Shown here one piece after another: positions 19,583 to 29,503 of a stretch of DNA of 64,000 nucleotides; position 1 is the first letter of the stretch, and every line of letters begins with the position of its first letter. Where the stretch lies: assembly GCA_965262605.1 (NCBI GenBank), contig CBDHFN010000003.1, positions 1,105,416-1,169,415 on the forward strand. The letters are read 5' to 3'. A program made the translations under genes and the position numbers. The stretch is from Alphaproteobacteria bacterium (GTDB lineage Bacteria > Pseudomonadota > Alphaproteobacteria > JASGCL01). The notes below the pieces were generated by a model, which was not told the origin of the DNA, ran no database searches, and saw only the letters and a program-made list of their open reading frames with translations.

Positions 19583-20349
19583 GATGAATTATCCGCAAAA
19601 TCTATGGCAAGCATTTTGTTGCGCCTATCCTTCATAAAAATTTCATGCGCCTCAAGTTTTTTATTAGTTTCTTCGTTAAATTCATGATATTCGCGGTTTA
19701 ATTTTTTATTATTGAGCAAATAAAAGCTGTTCGCCTGTTTGTTAATGCGTTGGATAGCGCCCGCAAAAAAATTATTGGAAAAATAAAAACTTAACATCAC
19801 AATAAAGATGATGATAATCATAAGAAAGATCGTTATTTTGTAAGTAATTTCCATAATTTTACCATTGTAAATATTTTGCGGATAAGACGCAAGAAGCACA
19901 CCAGCAAAATTCCCAGTATCGTCCTTTAATGTAATGCCAACATAATTCGTTGTATTGTTAGAAAATTTTGGAGTAATTTCATATTTAATTTTTGCAAGCC
20001 ATTCTTCTGGAATTTTTTCATTGATAAATGAAGTGTCGGTTGAATATATTGTGATTCCTTCGTTATTGATAATATCTATAGTTTGCACATCAACTAATTG
20101 CACTGATAAAGCATCAATCATATTGGCGATATTCGGGGTTTTATCCAATGATCCACCCGTGTTAAGCCATATTTGAAAATTATTATGGATTGATGATAAA
20201 TATACTAAATAATTTTCTTCAACGAATTTTTGTTCTAATTTTTCGTATTTTTTGGTCAAAACAACACCATAAATCATTAACCCAAAAATTAATGGCAAAG
20301 CAATAATAATTGCGATTTTATGGCTTATTTTATCAAAAATTTTATTCAT
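19579..20349 (-). CDS. membrane sensor-like protein lacking an output domain (TM, 150-aa periplasmic domain, TM, short coiled-coil tail)
   Basis: 256 aa, topology inferred from hydrophobic segments; first gene of the four-gene unit. Confidence 0.45.
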   Translation of the reverse strand: MNKIFDKISHKIAIIIALPLIFGLMIYGVVLTKKYEKLEQKFVEENYLVYLSSIHNNFQIWLNTGGSLDKTPNIANMIDALSVQLVDVQTIDIINNEGITIYSTDTSFINEKIPEEWLAKIKYEITPKFSNNTTNYVGITLKDDTGNFAGVLLASYPQNIYNGKIMEITYKITIFLMIIIIFIVMLSFYFSNNFFAGAIQRINKQANSFYLLNNKKLNREYHEFNEETNKKLEAHEIFMKDRRNKMLAIDFADNSS

Positions 20350-20434
20350 TATATAAATGGTTTCCTGCGGATATTACCAACCGCTAATAGTATATTTTAT
20401 TTATATATCAATGTCAAGAATGATTTAATTAAGT

Positions 20435-20463
20435 TTGCATATTGCGTTATTTTGTAGTATATT
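20435..20463 (+). promoter_or_regulatory. sigma70-like promoter for sseA (TTGCAT-17-TATATT)
   Basis: TTGCAT at 20435-20440 and TATATT at 20458-20463; RBS AAGGAG at 20484-20489. Confidence 0.4.
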
Positions 20464-20494
20464 AACGGCTTTGATAATGATGCAAGGAGACACC

Positions 20495-21304
20495 ATGAAA
20501 AATACCATAACCGCATTTGAATTAAATGAAATATTAAACCAAGAAAATTTAATTATTATTGATTCCAGTTGGCATTTGCCCCAAGCAAAGCGCAATGCTT
20601 ATCAAGAATATTGCGAATCGCATATTAAAGGCGCGATTTTTTATGACATTGACGCACATTCGCGCCAAGATACACCATTGCCACATATGCTTTTGCCGTT
20701 TGAAGAATTGCAAATTAATATTCAAGAAATCGGCATTCAAGCTGATTCGCGCGTGGTAATTTATGATTCTGTCGGTATTTTTTCATGCGCAAGATTATGG
20801 TATATTTTAAAATCGCATGGGTTTAAAAGCGTTCAAGTTTTAAATGGCGGTTTGCCTGCTTGGGTTGCGGGGGGATTTGCGATGGAAAAAACAATAAATA
20901 ATCCCAAAGCCACAATGGAGAAAATTCTGAAAAAATCAAATTATATCAAAGATAAAAAATTCATTGATGATGCTAAAAATCATGATAATTGGTTGATAAT
21001 TGATGCAAGGTCAAGCGATAGATTCCATAGCCGAGTGCCCGAACCGCGCCCCAATACCCGAAGTGGCCATGTAGATGGCGCGATAAATATTCCGTATAAT
21101 CAAGTGCTTAATGCCGATGGGTGCTTAAAAAATCCAGACGAATTACATAAAATTTTTGCGGGCAAGGAATTTGACAAAGAAATTATCGTTTATTGTGGCT
21201 CTGGTATAACGGCTGCTGTTATATTGCTCGCGCTTGAATCAATTGGCAAACAAGCTTATTTATACGATGGCTCTTGGTCGGAATATGGTTTAATCACTGC
21301 TTGA
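20495..21304 (+). CDS. sseA: 3-mercaptopyruvate/thiosulfate sulfurtransferase (tandem rhodanese domains)
   Basis: Two rhodanese domains, active-site loop CGSGITAAV. Start taken at the ATG at 20495 after AAGGAG; the ORF-track start at 20435 is probably too early. Confidence 0.8.
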   Translation: MKNTITAFELNEILNQENLIIIDSSWHLPQAKRNAYQEYCESHIKGAIFYDIDAHSRQDTPLPHMLLPFEELQINIQEIGIQADSRVVIYDSVGIFSCARLWYILKSHGFKSVQVLNGGLPAWVAGGFAMEKTINNPKATMEKILKKSNYIKDKKFIDDAKNHDNWLIIDARSSDRFHSRVPEPRPNTRSGHVDGAINIPYNQVLNADGCLKNPDELHKIFAGKEFDKEIIVYCGSGITAAVILLALESIGKQAYLYDGSWSEYGLITA

Positions 21305-22058
21305 CGCGCCAGCCGATTTTTAATAAATAATATCCAAAAATCATGCAAATAAGGGTAATTGGCAGGAAAATATATAAAATGCTGAAATCAAATTGATTGA
21401 AAAACCACGCATTTTTGACATTGGTAAGTAATAAATAAATGGGATTATAATCCAATAAGAATTGATATTCTGTTAAAACGGCTTCTTTGGTAAAAAAAGT
21501 TCCCGATAATAAAAATAAAGGGGTCATTAAAATCATGTCAATGCGGGCTAAATGGTCCCATTTATCCGCCCAGAACATTGAAAAAATTGCGATGCTGGAA
21601 AACGCGCCGATTAAAATAACAATCAAAAAATAAATATATAAAATAGCAAGCAAGCTGGGCATGGGCATGCCCAATATTAAAATCAAAATAATGACCGGCG
21701 TCGCTGTAAACAGCGCGCTGATAAGCCCATCATAATAAATAGTTAGCAACCATATAAAAGGGTGCATGGGTGATGCTAAATAATCGTCAATTACTTTTTC
21801 TAATTTATAATAAAACATGGTGTAAGCAACATGTTCATAGGCGCGCTGGCAATGTAAAATTGTCCATAAATTTAGCCCAATAATTAAAGATAATGGTTGC
21901 AAATATAAGGGGTCTTGGGTATCGCCGATATAACGAAACACAAAAATAAATAATATGGCATTTATTAAATTTACTAAGCCCCAAGTAGGAGCTTCTAATA
22001 ATTCCAAAGTTTTAGCCCAGCAAATTGCTTTGAAAGTAATGAATTGTTTGCTAAGCAT
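21294..22058 (-). CDS. ABC-2 type transporter permease
   Basis: Six-TM ABC-2 pattern; start taken at the Met 3 nt after the upstream stop (22056-22058). Confidence 0.5.
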   Translation of the reverse strand: MLSKQFITFKAICWAKTLELLEAPTWGLVNLINAILFIFVFRYIGDTQDPLYLQPLSLIIGLNLWTILHCQRAYEHVAYTMFYYKLEKVIDDYLASPMHPFIWLLTIYYDGLISALFTATPVIILILILGMPMPSLLAILYIYFLIVILIGAFSSIAIFSMFWADKWDHLARIDMILMTPLFLLSGTFFTKEAVLTEYQFLLDYNPIYLLLTNVKNAWFFNQFDFSILYIFLPITLICMIFGYYLLKIGWRVKQ

Positions 22059-22060
22059 GC

Positions 22061-22858
22061 TTAATTTTTTAATTTCCAACCTGAATTTAATACTAAGATA
22101 ATAATGGTGATTAAAATTAAATCTAAACTGCTTAAAACGGCGATGCCAATCCATGGGTTAGTATCGCTTGTCCCCAAAAAACCATAACGAAACCCATCAA
22201 TCATAAAGAAAAACGGATTAACATGGCTGATGACTTGCATATAATCAGGTAAGTTTTTAATGGAATAAAATGTGCCGCTTAAAAAAATCAAGGGCGTGAT
22301 GAGAAAATTGACAAAAGCATTTAAATGGTCAAATTTTTGCGCCCATATCGCGCCAAATAAACCCAAAGAGCCCATCCAAAGCGAACCTAAAACGGCAAAA
22401 GCCAAGACAAAACCAATTTTTTGTGGATATATTGGCGCAAGAAATAATAAAGGAATCCAGCAAGAAATGCCAACAAATATTCCCCGTGTGATGCCTGAAA
22501 GCAACAATCCCCCCGCCATTTCCGCCGAATTAATCGGTGGCATTAAAAAATCAACAATATTGCCTTGCACTTTGGATACCATAATCGCCGAAGATACTGA
22601 TACAAAAGAGTTATTGGCGATGGTCATAATTAAAATGCCCGGTGCTAAAAATAACTGCACTGCATTAAAATCTTCGCTTGTGCCTGTATGCTTTAACGCC
22701 AAAGAAAAAACGATAAAATATAATAAATTTGTAACCGAAGGTCCCAATAAAGTTTGCGTCCAAATATTTGTAAATCGCCTTACTTCCTTGAAATAAAGCG
22801 TGCGAAAGCCAATAAAGTTGAAGTTTTTAAATTTTAATGGTTCGTTATAGCCGTTCAT
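22061..22858 (-). CDS. ABC-2 type transporter permease (NodJ/YadH-like)
   Basis: 265 aa with an ABC-2 membrane-domain pattern. Confidence 0.6.
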   Translation of the reverse strand: MNGYNEPLKFKNFNFIGFRTLYFKEVRRFTNIWTQTLLGPSVTNLLYFIVFSLALKHTGTSEDFNAVQLFLAPGILIMTIANNSFVSVSSAIMVSKVQGNIVDFLMPPINSAEMAGGLLLSGITRGIFVGISCWIPLLFLAPIYPQKIGFVLAFAVLGSLWMGSLGLFGAIWAQKFDHLNAFVNFLITPLIFLSGTFYSIKNLPDYMQVISHVNPFFFMIDGFRYGFLGTSDTNPWIGIAVLSSLDLILITIIILVLNSGWKLKN

Positions 22859-22932
22859 GGTGCACCTTTTTAATATATATGGCGTATTAATACTATATTT
22901 TCATCATTATGCAAGAATTATTTGAAAATAAC

Positions 22933-23643
22933 TTAATGCCCGCCTTCAAGATAAGCAGCTTTAATGGCTGGATTGCTCAATAATTCTTCGCCAGTGCCAG
23001 TAAGGGTAATTTCGCCATTCACAAGCACATAGCCGCGGTGGGCTAATTTTAAAGCGTGATGGGCATTTTGTTCAACCAAAAGCACCGTCATTTTTTTGCG
23101 TTCATTAATTTCCTTGATGGCTTGAAAAATTTGCCTGACAATAATTGGTGCTAAGCCAAGCGATGGTTCGTCAAGCAATAAAATTTTTGGCTCACTCATT
23201 AACGCGCGGGCAATGGCAAGCATTTGCTGTTCCCCGCCTGATAAAGTGCCACCACGCTGGGATTGGCGTTCTTTTAATCTTGGGAATAAATGATAAATTT
23301 CATCAAGTTTTGCGTTGAAATTTTTGGGGTCGGCGAATAACGCGCCAAGCTGTAAATTCTCATATACCGTGAGTTTAGAGAATATCCTTCTGCCTTCGGG
23401 GGATATTGCCAAACCTTGCTTAACAATTTCATTGGGTTTTTGGGTTGTAATATCTTTGTCATATAATTTAATTGAACCATTGCGCGCATGAACTACTCCG
23501 CAAATCGTCATTAATAATGTTGATTTTCCCGCACCATTTGCACCGATAAGCGAGACAATTTCGCCTTCGTTAACTTGGCAAGAAACATTCTTCAGTGCTT
23601 GAATTGAACCATAAAATGAATCTATATTGGCGATATTAAGCAT
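22933..23643 (-). CDS. livF: branched-chain amino acid (HAAT family) ABC transporter ATP-binding protein LivF
   Basis: Walker A GANGAGKST, signature LSGGEQQM, Walker B LLLDEPS. Start set at MLNIANI, 2 nt after the livG stop. Confidence 0.85.
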   Translation of the reverse strand: MLNIANIDSFYGSIQALKNVSCQVNEGEIVSLIGANGAGKSTLLMTICGVVHARNGSIKLYDKDITTQKPNEIVKQGLAISPEGRRIFSKLTVYENLQLGALFADPKNFNAKLDEIYHLFPRLKERQSQRGGTLSGGEQQMLAIARALMSEPKILLLDEPSLGLAPIIVRQIFQAIKEINERKKMTVLLVEQNAHHALKLAHRGYVLVNGEITLTGTGEELLSNPAIKAAYLEGGH

Positions 23644-23644
23644 G

Positions 23645-24430
23645 TTATTCCTCTTCCCCCAAATAAGCAGCAATGACTTTGGGGTTATTTTTGACAGAAT
23701 CAGCATCACCTTCGGCAATTTTTTTGCCATAATCCAAAACAATAATGCGGTCTGAAATTTTCATAACCACGGACATATCATGCTCAATTAACAAAATGCT
23801 TACTTTATAATCATTTTTAATTTTAATTAAATATTCGTTTAATTCTAAGGATTCCTTGGGGTTTAGCCCCGCCGCAGGTTCATCAAGGCAGAGGATTTTT
23901 GGCTTAGTCGCCAAGGCGCGGGCAATTTCTAATCTTCTTTGGTCGCCATATGGTAATGAACCCGCTTCATCATCAGCGCGGTCATATAAACCGATTAATT
24001 TTAAAGACTCCATCGCTTCATCAACGGCATTTTTTTCGGCTTTTTTCCATGATTTTAAGCCTAATAAGCCCAAAATGCTAAAACCTGACGCGCGCATTAA
24101 TTCATTATGCCTTGCGACTAAAATATTTTCCAGCACCGTCATTTTGTTAAATAAACGAATATTTTGAAAAGTCCGCGCCACTTTTGCCTTTGATGCAACC
24201 ATATAAGACGGCATTTGTTCAAGATAATGTTTTTTATCGCCATGCAGCGTGATTCTGCCAATCGTGGGGGAATAAAACCCGGTAATGCAGTTAAATAAAG
24301 TTGTTTTGCCCGCACCATTTGGTCCAATTATCGCGGTAATTTCCCCCGCCATTGCTTGAAATGATACATCATCAACTGCCGTAATACCGCCAAATTTCAT
24401 GGTTAAATGTTCGGTTTCAAGGATAATCAT
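23645..24430 (-). CDS. livG: HAAT-family ABC transporter ATP-binding protein LivG
   Basis: Walker A GPNGAGKTT, an LivG-specific insertion, Walker B LCLDEPAAG. Confidence 0.85.
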   Translation of the reverse strand: MIILETEHLTMKFGGITAVDDVSFQAMAGEITAIIGPNGAGKTTLFNCITGFYSPTIGRITLHGDKKHYLEQMPSYMVASKAKVARTFQNIRLFNKMTVLENILVARHNELMRASGFSILGLLGLKSWKKAEKNAVDEAMESLKLIGLYDRADDEAGSLPYGDQRRLEIARALATKPKILCLDEPAAGLNPKESLELNEYLIKIKNDYKVSILLIEHDMSVVMKISDRIIVLDYGKKIAEGDADSVKNNPKVIAAYLGEEE

Positions 24431-25902
24431 GATTTTTTCCCCAATAATTTACCAATCAAGGGTAATGAATTTTTTGGGGTAAAAAAGCTTACCGATGGTT
24501 CGCGGTGCGAAATTAACCCTTGGGGTCTGAAAATCATAATAACGACAAGCCCTAAACCAAAACTTACCATGCGGTATTCGGCTAAGTCGCGAAAAACTTC
24601 GGGCAGTCCGATTAAGGCAATCGCCGCCAACGCAACCCCTGTAAGCGAGCCCATGCCGCCCATTACGACAATCGCTAAGATAATTGCTGATTCAATGTAA
24701 GCAAAGCTTTCTGGGCTAACAAATCCTTGTCTTGTCGCAAAAAATGCGCCCGCAAATCCGCCCCACATTGCCGAAATTGCGAATGCCGCCAATTTGATAT
24801 TCGTGCGGTTAATTCCCAATGAAGCCGATGCTAAATCATCTTCGCGAAGTGCCTCCCATGCGCGTCCAATAGGTAATTTACGAATCCGCACGGTGAAAAT
24901 CGCCACCAGCATTGCCATCGTGAAAATTAAATAATATAAGAAAATTATCCGTTGGTCTGATGAATATTCAATGCCAAAAAATTCGGCGAAACTTGGTAAA
25001 CCATTTTTACCTTGGGGCGCAAACACAGCTAAGCCAAAGAAATCTGGACGCGCGATGGAGCTTATACCACCTGCACCATGTGTAAATGAAGTCCAATTAA
25101 TGATAATAACCCTGATAATTTCACCAAAACCCAAGGTGACAATGGCGAAATAATCGCCCCTTAACTTTAACACGGGAAAGCCTAAAATTAAGCCACCCAA
25201 TGCCGCAAATAACCCTGATAATGGCAAGCATAACCAAAAACTTAACCCCAATGTTGTTGATAAAATCGCGTAAGTATATGCCCCAATCGCGTAAAACGCA
25301 ACATAGCCTAAATCTAATAAACCTGCATAACCAACGATAATATTTAAGCCCCAAGCCAACATGACATATGTAAATATTAAGGTGCTGACATCCAAAACAT
25401 ACCGATTCGCAAACGGCATAAAAGGAAGAAATAATGCAAAAATTACCACAAATATAGAAATAAATTGCGTATATTTACGCAATTTTGCTTCACGAATTTC
25501 CTTTGATTTGTCTAATTGTGCTTGGGTTATATGTCTTGAAGCCCTTGACAAGCCAATTGCCGACTTAATCGCCAATAATATTGACCCGCCAATTAAAATT
25601 ACTCGCAATAATTCAAATGGAATTGGAAACAAGAACCCCGCAACACCAATTATTATGCTTGCGCTTAAAACAGATTTATGATAGGCGTGCCTATCTAAAA
25701 TTAATCCCAACCTGCCAATAACCACAAATACCAACGCCCATAATGCTTGAATATAGCGTGGTTCAATTTCAATGCCAGTTACTTTATCAACCGCTTTAAG
25801 CGCAAGAATCGGGTATAATAAAAGACAAGAAATACCAGCAATCGCGCCCAACTCACGCAATACTTCGCCCCAATTTAATTTGCCGTTTGCCGTATTATTC
25901 AT
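24427..25902 (-). CDS. livM: HAAT-family ABC transporter permease LivM (with N-terminal extension)
   Basis: LivM-type permease core with extra N-terminal TM helices. Confidence 0.8.
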   Translation of the reverse strand: MNNTANGKLNWGEVLRELGAIAGISCLLLYPILALKAVDKVTGIEIEPRYIQALWALVFVVIGRLGLILDRHAYHKSVLSASIIIGVAGFLFPIPFELLRVILIGGSILLAIKSAIGLSRASRHITQAQLDKSKEIREAKLRKYTQFISIFVVIFALFLPFMPFANRYVLDVSTLIFTYVMLAWGLNIIVGYAGLLDLGYVAFYAIGAYTYAILSTTLGLSFWLCLPLSGLFAALGGLILGFPVLKLRGDYFAIVTLGFGEIIRVIIINWTSFTHGAGGISSIARPDFFGLAVFAPQGKNGLPSFAEFFGIEYSSDQRIIFLYYLIFTMAMLVAIFTVRIRKLPIGRAWEALREDDLASASLGINRTNIKLAAFAISAMWGGFAGAFFATRQGFVSPESFAYIESAIILAIVVMGGMGSLTGVALAAIALIGLPEVFRDLAEYRMVSFGLGLVVIMIFRPQGLISHREPSVSFFTPKNSLPLIGKLLGKKS

Positions 25903-26807
25903 TATACTTTTTCAACCTCGGGTCTGCCCAAAATGCCAGAAGGGCGGAAAATTAAGACAATGACTAAAATTGTAAAAGCCGCAACATCCTTCCATTCTGC
26001 TGAAAAATATCCCGCCCAAAACGCTTCAATCAAGCCAATAATAATCCCGCCAAGCATGGCACCGGGTAATGAACCAATTCCACCCAAAACCGCAGCAGTG
26101 AAGGCTTTTAAACCAGCCAAAAAACCAATGTAAAAATTAATCACGCCATAATATGCGCTTACTAAAATTCCTGCAATTGCCGCCAAAGCCGCACCCATAA
26201 TGAAAGTCAAGCTTACCGTGCGGTCAACATTCACGCCCAATAAAGCCGCCATTGTTTTATCTTGTTCGCAGGCGCGTTGTTGCCGTCCAATTGTTGTGCT
26301 GTTGATAAATTTGTTAAATATCACCATGATAATAATGGTAAAAACAATGATAAATAATTGAATATACGAAATTTTCGCGACAAAATCGCCATCTTCCCAA
26401 ATATCAAATCCGCCCAAAAACAAGGGGGGAATGGCTTTATTTCTTGCACCTTGGGCTAATTGCATATAATTTTGCAAGAAAATTGACATGCCAATTGCCG
26501 AAATTAACGGCGCAAGCTTAAATGAATTACGCAAAGGACGATAAGCCAATCGCTCCACCGTCCAGCCATAAACCGAAGTAATAATCACGCTAAATAATAA
26601 AACCAAAAGAATCGCCACAACAATTGGTAATCCTTGAAACGCCGTGAAAATAATTACCGCAACGAATGCGCCAATCATGTAAATCTCGCCGTGGGCAAAA
26701 TTTATCATGCCAATAATGCCATACACCATGGTATAGCCAATGGCTATCAGTCCGTAAACTGAACCCAAAGTTAATCCGTTAACTAATTGTTGTAGAAAAT
26801 ATGCCAT
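25902..26807 (-). CDS. livH: HAAT-family ABC transporter permease LivH
   Basis: 301 aa matching the LivH pattern (MAYFLQQLVNGL...). Confidence 0.85.
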   Translation of the reverse strand: MAYFLQQLVNGLTLGSVYGLIAIGYTMVYGIIGMINFAHGEIYMIGAFVAVIIFTAFQGLPIVVAILLVLLFSVIITSVYGWTVERLAYRPLRNSFKLAPLISAIGMSIFLQNYMQLAQGARNKAIPPLFLGGFDIWEDGDFVAKISYIQLFIIVFTIIIMVIFNKFINSTTIGRQQRACEQDKTMAALLGVNVDRTVSLTFIMGAALAAIAGILVSAYYGVINFYIGFLAGLKAFTAAVLGGIGSLPGAMLGGIIIGLIEAFWAGYFSAEWKDVAAFTILVIVLIFRPSGILGRPEVEKV

Positions 26808-27074
26808 CCCTGCCTACTTTATTTTATGCCATAATACATATATCAAATCATAATGCAAGATTTTTTTTTGTTTCAATTTTTTTAATAATGCAAATGGTGT
26901 GAATAATTATTATAAACCCTGATTCTTCAAATAATATTAAAAATTATCTGCGCATTCGGAAAGTAATATTTTAAGTTTAAGGGGGGATTTTTCTCTGTGC
27001 TAGCTCTAACATCATGGCTTGAAATAGTCTTTTGACTATAAATGATTTAATTTATGATTTAATTATATATTTAT

Positions 27075-27104
27075 TTGACTTATGATGAAGATTAAACTAT
27101 TATA
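27075..27104 (+). promoter_or_regulatory. possible promoter for the RTX-like lipoprotein gene (TTGACT-18-TATTAT)
   Basis: Hexamers at 27075-27080 and 27099-27104 inside a 380-bp AT-rich intergenic region. Confidence 0.25.
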
Positions 27105-27295
27105 AATTGAGTGTATGGTTTATTTTAATGTTATTTTTCGTAAGTTTAATTTTATATATAAACATATATATAAAATTAGAGTGGAAATAAATGTTTAGGT
27201 ATTATTTTTTGCCAAAATTCCAACGATTAATAAAAAAAGTCGCTGAATGGGATAATTTTTGGTATAAGGCGCAACGCAACCAGATAAGAAAAATT

Positions 27296-29503
27296 ATGGT
27301 ATCAAACAATCTCAATTTTAGCTTGTCTGTTATATCTTTAAGTTTTTTGCTGGCTTGTTCTAATTCAAAAAAATCAGAAAATATCACATTAATTGAAGAA
27401 TTATCAACTTTTGCGACAAATAATCAAGCCACAATAATTAAAGATTTTACCACTATTAAAGAGGGGCAAGCGGATGCCGTGGGTATTTCTAATAATCAAA
27501 TTGCATCTGGTGTTAAATTAAATGCCGCCGAATTAAAAAATGGTGTGATTTTCACGGGAACTATTTCAAAATCACTTAATTCTGGCGAAAATGTCAAGGT
27601 AACGCTGGGCGGTGTAAGTGTCATTGCGGTGGTTTCAGGCACAATTTGGAGTGCCGTTTTTGATTCGGATATGGTTAATATACCGAATAATTTAAATGCA
27701 GATTTAACTGCCGAAATTGTCAATATATCAGGACAGCAAGGAGTCATATTAAGCGCAACCACAATTAATAAAATTATTATTGATCAAATTGCACCAAATG
27801 CCCCAAGCCTAAAATTAAGCGCAGGTATTTCAGACGGCGCAACCCAAAGTGAAGCAATAGCCCAAACTGGTGTCGTTTTGGTTGCGGGTGAATCGGGCGC
27901 AACAATTGTCATTACGATTACGAATAATACTCAAATCATCACAAAAACTATATTATCAGCGGGCAATAATGAAACGCCCATAGTTTTAACCCAATCCGAT
28001 ATAACCACGCTTGGAATTGGTTTAATATCGGTAACTGCTGTGGCAACTGATGTATCTGGCAATCCGAGTTTACCTGCGAGCATAAGTTTTAATTTGACTA
28101 GTATTGTCCCGTTAAGTGCGAATCCCCCGATTATAAATGCTGTAAACATTAATGCGAATGGAAATTTAGACATAATTTTTGATGAAGCGACAATTGGCGA
28201 ACTAAGCGCGGCTCTGCCCAATGATATTGTTGCCCAAAATCCGACTATGACAACAGCAACCATCAAAATTGCGGGTTTAATAACAAATAATATTAACGGA
28301 TTTAATTTAACCGATTCTACGGGTAATGAAACGCATTATTTGAAACAATCCACGGCAACCGCCGATAATGATATTATAATTGGCACTTCGGGCAATGATA
28401 ATTCATTATTGGGTGGTGCTGGACGGGATATTATTTTGGGCGGTGCGGGCAATGATACTATTGATGGTGGTGCAGGGGTTGATTTTGTATTTGGGCAATC
28501 CGGGAATGATATTTTAGTATTTGATGCAACTGATGCTAAAATTGATGGCGGCGTGGGTGATGATACATTAAAAGTAAATAATGCAGCGACTTTAACCATA
28601 AATAGTGGTAATTTAATAAATATAGAGGATGTTGATGCGTCAGCGTCAAATGCTATCGTTAATATTACCGGTGATAATGGGGCAAATATTATTATTGGTG
28701 GTCATAATAATGATATTTTAAATGGTGCTGATGGCGCCGATCAATTATCAGGTGGCGATGGAAATGATAGTATTAACGGGGGGAATGATGCGGATAATAT
28801 TTCGGGCGGCGGCGGCGATGATATATTAAATGGCGGTAATGGTGGAGATAATTTAATCGCCGAAGATGGCAATGATACGATAAATGGCGGTAATGGCGGT
28901 GATAATTTAAATGGTGGCTTGGGTATGGATATTTTAACGGGTGGCGCGGGTGATGATAATTTAAATGGCGGTAATGGTAATGATATATTTAATCTTGATT
29001 TATCGCTCGGCATTGATACTATCGCCGATTTTGGTGGGTCAAGCGGATTAGAAACTGATATTATGCAAATATCAGGTTTATCACCATCAAGTGCCCCCAT
29101 AGTTGCGCAAAATTCAGGGGTTATTGGCAATATTTCCCAAGCATTTACAGAAAATGATACGGATAATATAAGCATCGCCAATGCAAAATTTTATATTATT
29201 GATGTTGCGGGAGTTTTAGATTTTGATGGTATTGGCAATAATGGCGGAAATTTTGTCAATATGGACGGGGCGGGGATTATGGCGAATTTTGTGGCATCTA
29301 ATGGTAAGGCGTTTAATGCAAATGTTATTGCCAATGACAAAGCCGTGTTTTTATTCGCCAATGGTTCGGGTGAAGCGCAATTATGGTTATTTAACTCGGG
29401 TGATTCATCGGTTGATGCAACTGATTTTACTAAAATTGCGAGTTTATTAGATTCATCATTTGACTTTCGTGCATTTAATCATCAGCATATTGAATTTATT
29501 TGA
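27296..29503 (+). CDS. large surface lipoprotein with Ig-like repeats and RTX-type (hemolysin-type) calcium-binding nonapeptide repeats
   Basis: Start at the ATG at 27296 gives the lipobox LLAC. Central repeated beta-rich modules. C-terminal run of GGxGxDx[LIF] repeats (GGAGNDTIDGGAGVD..., GGNGGDNL..., GGAGDDNLNGGNGNDIF). Confidence 0.7.
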   Translation: MVSNNLNFSLSVISLSFLLACSNSKKSENITLIEELSTFATNNQATIIKDFTTIKEGQADAVGISNNQIASGVKLNAAELKNGVIFTGTISKSLNSGENVKVTLGGVSVIAVVSGTIWSAVFDSDMVNIPNNLNADLTAEIVNISGQQGVILSATTINKIIIDQIAPNAPSLKLSAGISDGATQSEAIAQTGVVLVAGESGATIVITITNNTQIITKTILSAGNNETPIVLTQSDITTLGIGLISVTAVATDVSGNPSLPASISFNLTSIVPLSANPPIINAVNINANGNLDIIFDEATIGELSAALPNDIVAQNPTMTTATIKIAGLITNNINGFNLTDSTGNETHYLKQSTATADNDIIIGTSGNDNSLLGGAGRDIILGGAGNDTIDGGAGVDFVFGQSGNDILVFDATDAKIDGGVGDDTLKVNNAATLTINSGNLINIEDVDASASNAIVNITGDNGANIIIGGHNNDILNGADGADQLSGGDGNDSINGGNDADNISGGGGDDILNGGNGGDNLIAEDGNDTINGGNGGDNLNGGLGMDILTGGAGDDNLNGGNGNDIFNLDLSLGIDTIADFGGSSGLETDIMQISGLSPSSAPIVAQNSGVIGNISQAFTENDTDNISIANAKFYIIDVAGVLDFDGIGNNGGNFVNMDGAGIMANFVASNGKAFNANVIANDKAVFLFANGSGEAQLWLFNSGDSSVDATDFTKIASLLDSSFDFRAFNHQHIEFI
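28330..29010 (+). repeat. array of RTX nonapeptide (GGxGxDxUx) coding repeats
   Basis: More than 20 degenerate 27-bp coding repeats; this also creates a spurious proline-rich ORF on the minus strand. Confidence 0.6.

Noticed and set aside
28741-29181. 146-aa proline-rich ORF on the minus strand (PPLPPF... repeats)
   Set aside because: It is the antisense reading of the RTX glycine repeats (GGN codons read as NCC = Pro). It lies entirely inside the better-supported plus-strand gene.
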